Below, piece after piece: positions 59,201 to 64,000 of a stretch of DNA of 64,000 nucleotides. A program made the translations under genes and the position numbers. Source of the DNA: Strigamia acuminata (Eukaryota). Positions within the stretch are counted from its first letter, which is position 1. Every line of letters starts with the position of its first letter. The stretch is from the NCBI GenBank assembly GCA_949358305.1, contig OX442314.1, positions 20,150,001 to 20,214,000 on the forward strand. The letters are read 5' to 3'. Under the pieces are notes generated by a model, which saw only the letters and a program-made list of their open reading frames with translations, made no database searches and was not told where the DNA came from.

Positions 59201-62142
59201 AAAGAAGTAAGTAAAGTGAGAAATATTTAGCAATTTCAGATAATTTTTACACCCCCCCTGTTATCCTGGGATTATAAAACTTATAAAACTAATAATAGCT
59301 TAAGTTTAAATTAAATCAATAGAAATTATTCAAATGAGCCCTGATGGGCGCAAATATTACCTCTTTAGCCAATCAAAAATATGTATGCTATGTAGAATGG
59401 AATAGATAGATTGTAGTTCAGTAAATAGATCTTACCAGGTTCAGTTAATATTGGACACGACGGATAGACTTGTTGCCAAAATACACTCAATGGGTTCTTC
59501 TGCGGTGCTGTAGCACACACTTGCAGATGACTATTCCAACCGCAGTAAGGATCCATGGAATTTAAGCACGTTCTAAAATAACGTATTTTTTCTTATTAAA
59601 GAGCAAAATAATTTTAAAATAATTTTAAAATACCTTTTACTTGCGAATCGACTGCATCTTTCAACTGAAATTCTCATAACCGAATTGTCCGTTCCAACAT
59701 ACAGCGAATTCTTTACAAAGAATAAAATAAATTACATTTGATATTCAGGTTTAGTTTAGACAAAAATTCTAACTGTGTCTTTAAGGATCCTAAGAATACG
59801 AATTGGTTCGGTTTGAATGCTCGAATGTAACGTTAATACTTCTAATAGACATGTTTCGTGGGTTCTTGGCAACACGGTATATTTTTTAATTGTTCCTTCC
59901 ATAGTTGCTAGGAAAATAACGTGAACTGCTTCGTGGTGTTTTGTTGGAACTACATCGACCACTATATGACTGAATCTATAAATTCAAAATAAAAAAGTAT
60001 AAACAAACTCATTTACCATACTTCGTAATCTGTCATTTGTAGTTACCTTTCCAATTCTGCAGTAACTAATGGCTTATCCAAAGTAGATGGTACTGCTTCA
60101 TCCATTAACTGGTAACGTTCAGAATCCACATGCCAAGAACTGCCTGGAGTTTCACACTGACAAAGTAATAATAATAATAATTATAATAAACAATACAGTA
60201 ATGTAAATTTTATTTTTCACGAATTTTATAATTTCAGATTAGATAAATTATTACTTGAAAATGACGTTTAGCATCCGAAGATCCGACATGCTTTTCCCAG
60301 GCTGCTCCAGGATTGCTTTGATACTTAAACGAAGCTCGAAAAGTGCGTTCTATAGCTGAGAGATTAAAGGCACAAACTGCCGTTCCCAAAATGCTATTTC
60401 TGTTAAAATAAATTCAAAATTATGTTAAGCTAACGCCGCCAAATTACATTAATCGTGCTCGCTTAAAATAAAATTAGAACACAACAATTTCTTTGTTAAA
60501 TTGTATCTCTCCACACAGAAATACATCAGTAGACAGTAAGCCTTTTTGTGTGCTCAATTGCATTGACTGAATCTTTTAAAAAATAAATCTAAAATGTGAA
60601 AGTGTAGTGTGGTGTAAATGATGCAAAACACTTGAATGCATCTCATTATGCTGAATAGATTATTGCGCAAAACTTTTTCTTAAAAGATGTAACTTAAAAC
60701 TCCACTTTTGATTTCAAAGTTACAAAATATTAATAAAAACACTTACGCTGGTGTAGTAAATGTAGCATAAATAATGTTTTCTTGTTCCACATAAAACACA
60801 CTTTGTAATTCATTATAATAAAACGGATATTCGCCAGGTAGCGAGCAGTTTAGACGGGCTTTCAGAAAAGTTGTCCAATTGTCTTTCAATAAGTGCTGAC
60901 CACCCGCATCGTTTTGGCATATCCGCGCAACTCGTGAATATATTGCCTAAAATATTTTTAAAAAAGACGTAATCAAATTTATTAAGAAAGTTAAACAAAT
61001 TATTTACCTTTCCACAGTTAATGTATTCAACGGCCGTTTCTCTGAAGAAGAAATAAGTGAAATTGTTGATGTCGTAAGACGCAATAAAATTCGGTTCTAA
61101 GTATAAAAAAAAATAAATGAATAAATAAATAAATAAAGAAATAAATAAATAACTAAATGATAAATTATTTTAATTTTTGCAATTTTTCTAACAAAAAAAA
61201 ATGATTTAAAAATAACAAATGTTATTTTAATTCTTCACCTTTCATCATTCCACTTCTACACTCGAGGCATTTAAAATTTAACGACAATATAAATTTTAAA
61301 AATTATAATGAAAAATTTAAAACAAACGTACCACTTAACCACTTGTGATTGTACTGCACAGTCCTAAGCCCAGGTGTTTTTCCTGAGAATTTATAAATCG
61401 CCGAATCTCTAGCCGAAAAGTCGACAGCAGTTCCCACAAAATAGTCTCCTGACGACGCAATCATTGCAGTAACATTTTGGTGAGGACTATATGGACACAT
61501 GCCAATTCCACTCATCTCATCACTAACCATTGACAAATCATCAATCTAAAACAGTAAAAAAAAAAATAACAATTTTTATCAAACAGATTCATTAAAACAA
61601 ACAATTAAATTTTACGAGTGTAACACGACAGTCACAGACATTATGAACTTTGCCGAACTCAAATAAACACATTTATGCAACAGGTTACTCCGTGTCATTA
61701 TTTGCTATTCATACAATTAATATTTTGCTTCACTACGTAGCAAAATTTGAAATTATTTTACTTACATGTCTCCAAGAACAATTCGGCGCAAATGCATTAG
61801 TTCCACAGGCCAAAACCTTTCCATTTCTTTGCAGTAGAATTTTGATGTAGTTATGACAGTCATTGACAGATTGGCCCTTTTGCTGACAAAGTTGAATCGT
61901 TGTTTGAGGTGGAGGCCAATAAGATTCCTCTAAAATCTGTAAGCCGTCAATACTTAAGCGAAACAAGTAATCTCTACAAATAAACAAATAAAAATACATC
62001 AAACTTTTGAAATTCTAAAAAAAAAAAAATATTTATTTTACCTTGCTCCTACAATTAACTGATAGCCGGTAGGATCAAATATTAACTGCGAATAGGATGT
62101 AACACCTGCTTTACTAAACCTTTGAATTGTGGGTGACAGTTC
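56250..62142 (-). CDS. SEMA5: Semaphorin-5 (Sema + PSI + TSP1 repeats + TM); signal-peptide exon(s) not located, probably beyond the window
   Basis: CHNYIKILL, ACGTNAFAP, GMCPYSP, DPYCGW, multiple WSxWSxCSxxCGxG TSP1 repeats, TM LVAGCIVCFLLGTLVSGVGCYYY. Confidence 0.93.
56655..56876. mobile_element. Intronic MITE in the last semaphorin intron
   Basis: CAATCGTGGACAAAAAAATTGTC / GACAATTCTTTTGTCCACGATTG (1 mismatch in 23), plus a duplicated end ACGATTGTA. Confidence 0.65.
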
Positions 62143-64000
62143 TAAAAAAAATAAAAAACAAACTTCAACTTAAGATATTCTGAATTAACATATAGTTCCC
62201 CAAATGATACTTTTAGTAAACAAATTCCGTCATAAAAATCCCAGAATATATAGATTTCTTCGTATAAAAAAACCAAAAGTATAACAGATAATTAATTTTG
62301 CTTACAGTTTACAATTTCAAACTGATTTCATCAGGTAATTTTGCAATTATAATGAAAAAAAATGAAAAAAATGTAACAGATGGTTTTTCTCCTTAAAGGT
62401 CAATGGAACTGTTTCGATGAAAAGATAGCGAGAAAAAAAAACCACTTGTACAAGAATGTAGACAGTGCAGGCTGTAAAACAGGTCACCTCACTTATATAG
62501 ATGCAAATAAACTCCTCCGTCTTGTTCTGGTGACGCCCAATAAGAATGGATTAATATAGTAACCCTATACAATCAACATTAAACACGAGTGCCATCCATG
62601 TTTACAAGTTCAATTGAAAAAACTTATTTTCCTAAATTGCATGAAATGCTAGATAAATTTGATATATTACTTTGGAATTAAATTTTAATCAAACCCTAAG
62701 ACAATTATTAAGCTCATTTTTATGCTAATTATAAAAAAAAGAAAATAAATAAACGAATTCCTATCATTGGCTGAACTACATGTTGACAAATTGAATTTTA
62801 CAAGTTGTCAGCATTGGGAGGTGCTCAAATGGATTACTGTACTTAAAGACATTTGGCAACAAGTGGAACATTATCACTTTTCTTATGAAAATTGTCATTT
62901 GATCTTATAAAAAAAAATAATAATAACTTTAATTAACTTTAACAAAATGTTTGATATGTAAATGCAACTCATAAAAATAACATCTTGAACAAAAACCTTA
63001 TGAAATTCATGACCTGGACTCATTATTAATTTGAATTTTATTTGAATTTGAATTCCATTTTCATCTCCTCCCTTCTCTATAATAATTCCCAGGGTCAACT
63101 GATAGTACTGGGTCAATAACATATGGCTTTCAACTTTCTAAGTGAGTAAAATACTAAAAGAGAAAGGAAAGAAAGTCCCTCATTATTGTATCAATACATA
63201 ATTACTGGACCAGCAGACAAAACCTTCGTGATATGAATTACTAAGACTACTTCTCATGAGAAACCTTCTAATTGCCATCAAGCTCTATGCCAAGTTAAAA
63301 GCATTCCCACCCCACCTCTACATTTTTTATATCCTAAAAGAGAAAAAAAACAACTCAAGCGCTGTGTAGAATTGTTTGTCACGGACGATTTATAAAGAGG
63401 GTTCAGATTTATGTTACGGTGACAAAATTTTCATTTAAATTAGAGCTATGAAGTGTCAGTGATTTACTGAACCCCTGTCACAAACACAAAGAAAAATGCT
63501 TGAGGTAAAAAGATCAGTGAAAGCAGTCAAGGTACTTTTGGCCAAATGTAAAATAGCAAATTACTGGTAACAAAACAACTAGAGTTGTTTTGAAAGGTTT
63601 TTGACAGATTGAATTAAGTAAATTCAATGGTCAAATTATGATTGTTTCTGGTGTTGCATAATAAACCATTTTTACATCCATTCTAGGCTTGTTTGGAGAA
63701 CCGAGTGAAATTAGATTTCCAGCACTAGATGGCCTTCATCATTGTTGTTTTCACTTTACCTTTGTAACATGACTCAAAGATCACGTTACAAAGGTAAAAT
63801 TACAAAGTTATTAGTTCAGATTAGCAATAAACAATGGACTCTGAACGAAATGAACACGATCCGCAACACAGGTGTGTTGATATAATCTTTGAACTATATT
63901 TAAAATTAATATTAATCGTTCTAAGTTTCATTTTAGAAGTAAACAATCAAGTTAAATTTGTATTGCACGAGAATTTGATTTAAATACGCACAAATTACAT

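Overview
AT-rich, intron-containing animal genomic DNA. An invertebrate, probably an arthropod, is inferred from gene content and very short introns. The window has two very different halves. Bases 1-27 kb are transposon-rich: a 5'-truncated Ty1/copia element with one frameshift, a decayed THAP/P-element transposase, a solo LTR, and many TA-flanked MITEs and foldback elements. Among these sits a tandem family of three (plus a remnant fourth) + strand genes for unrecognised secreted low-complexity proteins. These genes share a promoter block, a signal-peptide exon and a His-rich segment, and pairs of them share VPxxxDGxxxYIxVP repeats, a GGGxNANxNQNN-GxIG motif or poly-Ser tails. Bases 27-64 kb are compact and hold five minus-strand genes: axonemal dynein heavy chain DNAH3 (adjacent Forkhead + RFX X-box sites upstream), MRE11, a 177-aa orphan, a large EGF-containing receptor guanylyl cyclase whose catalytic Asn/Arg are replaced, and most of semaphorin-5. 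All exon models were built by eye and no database searches were run.
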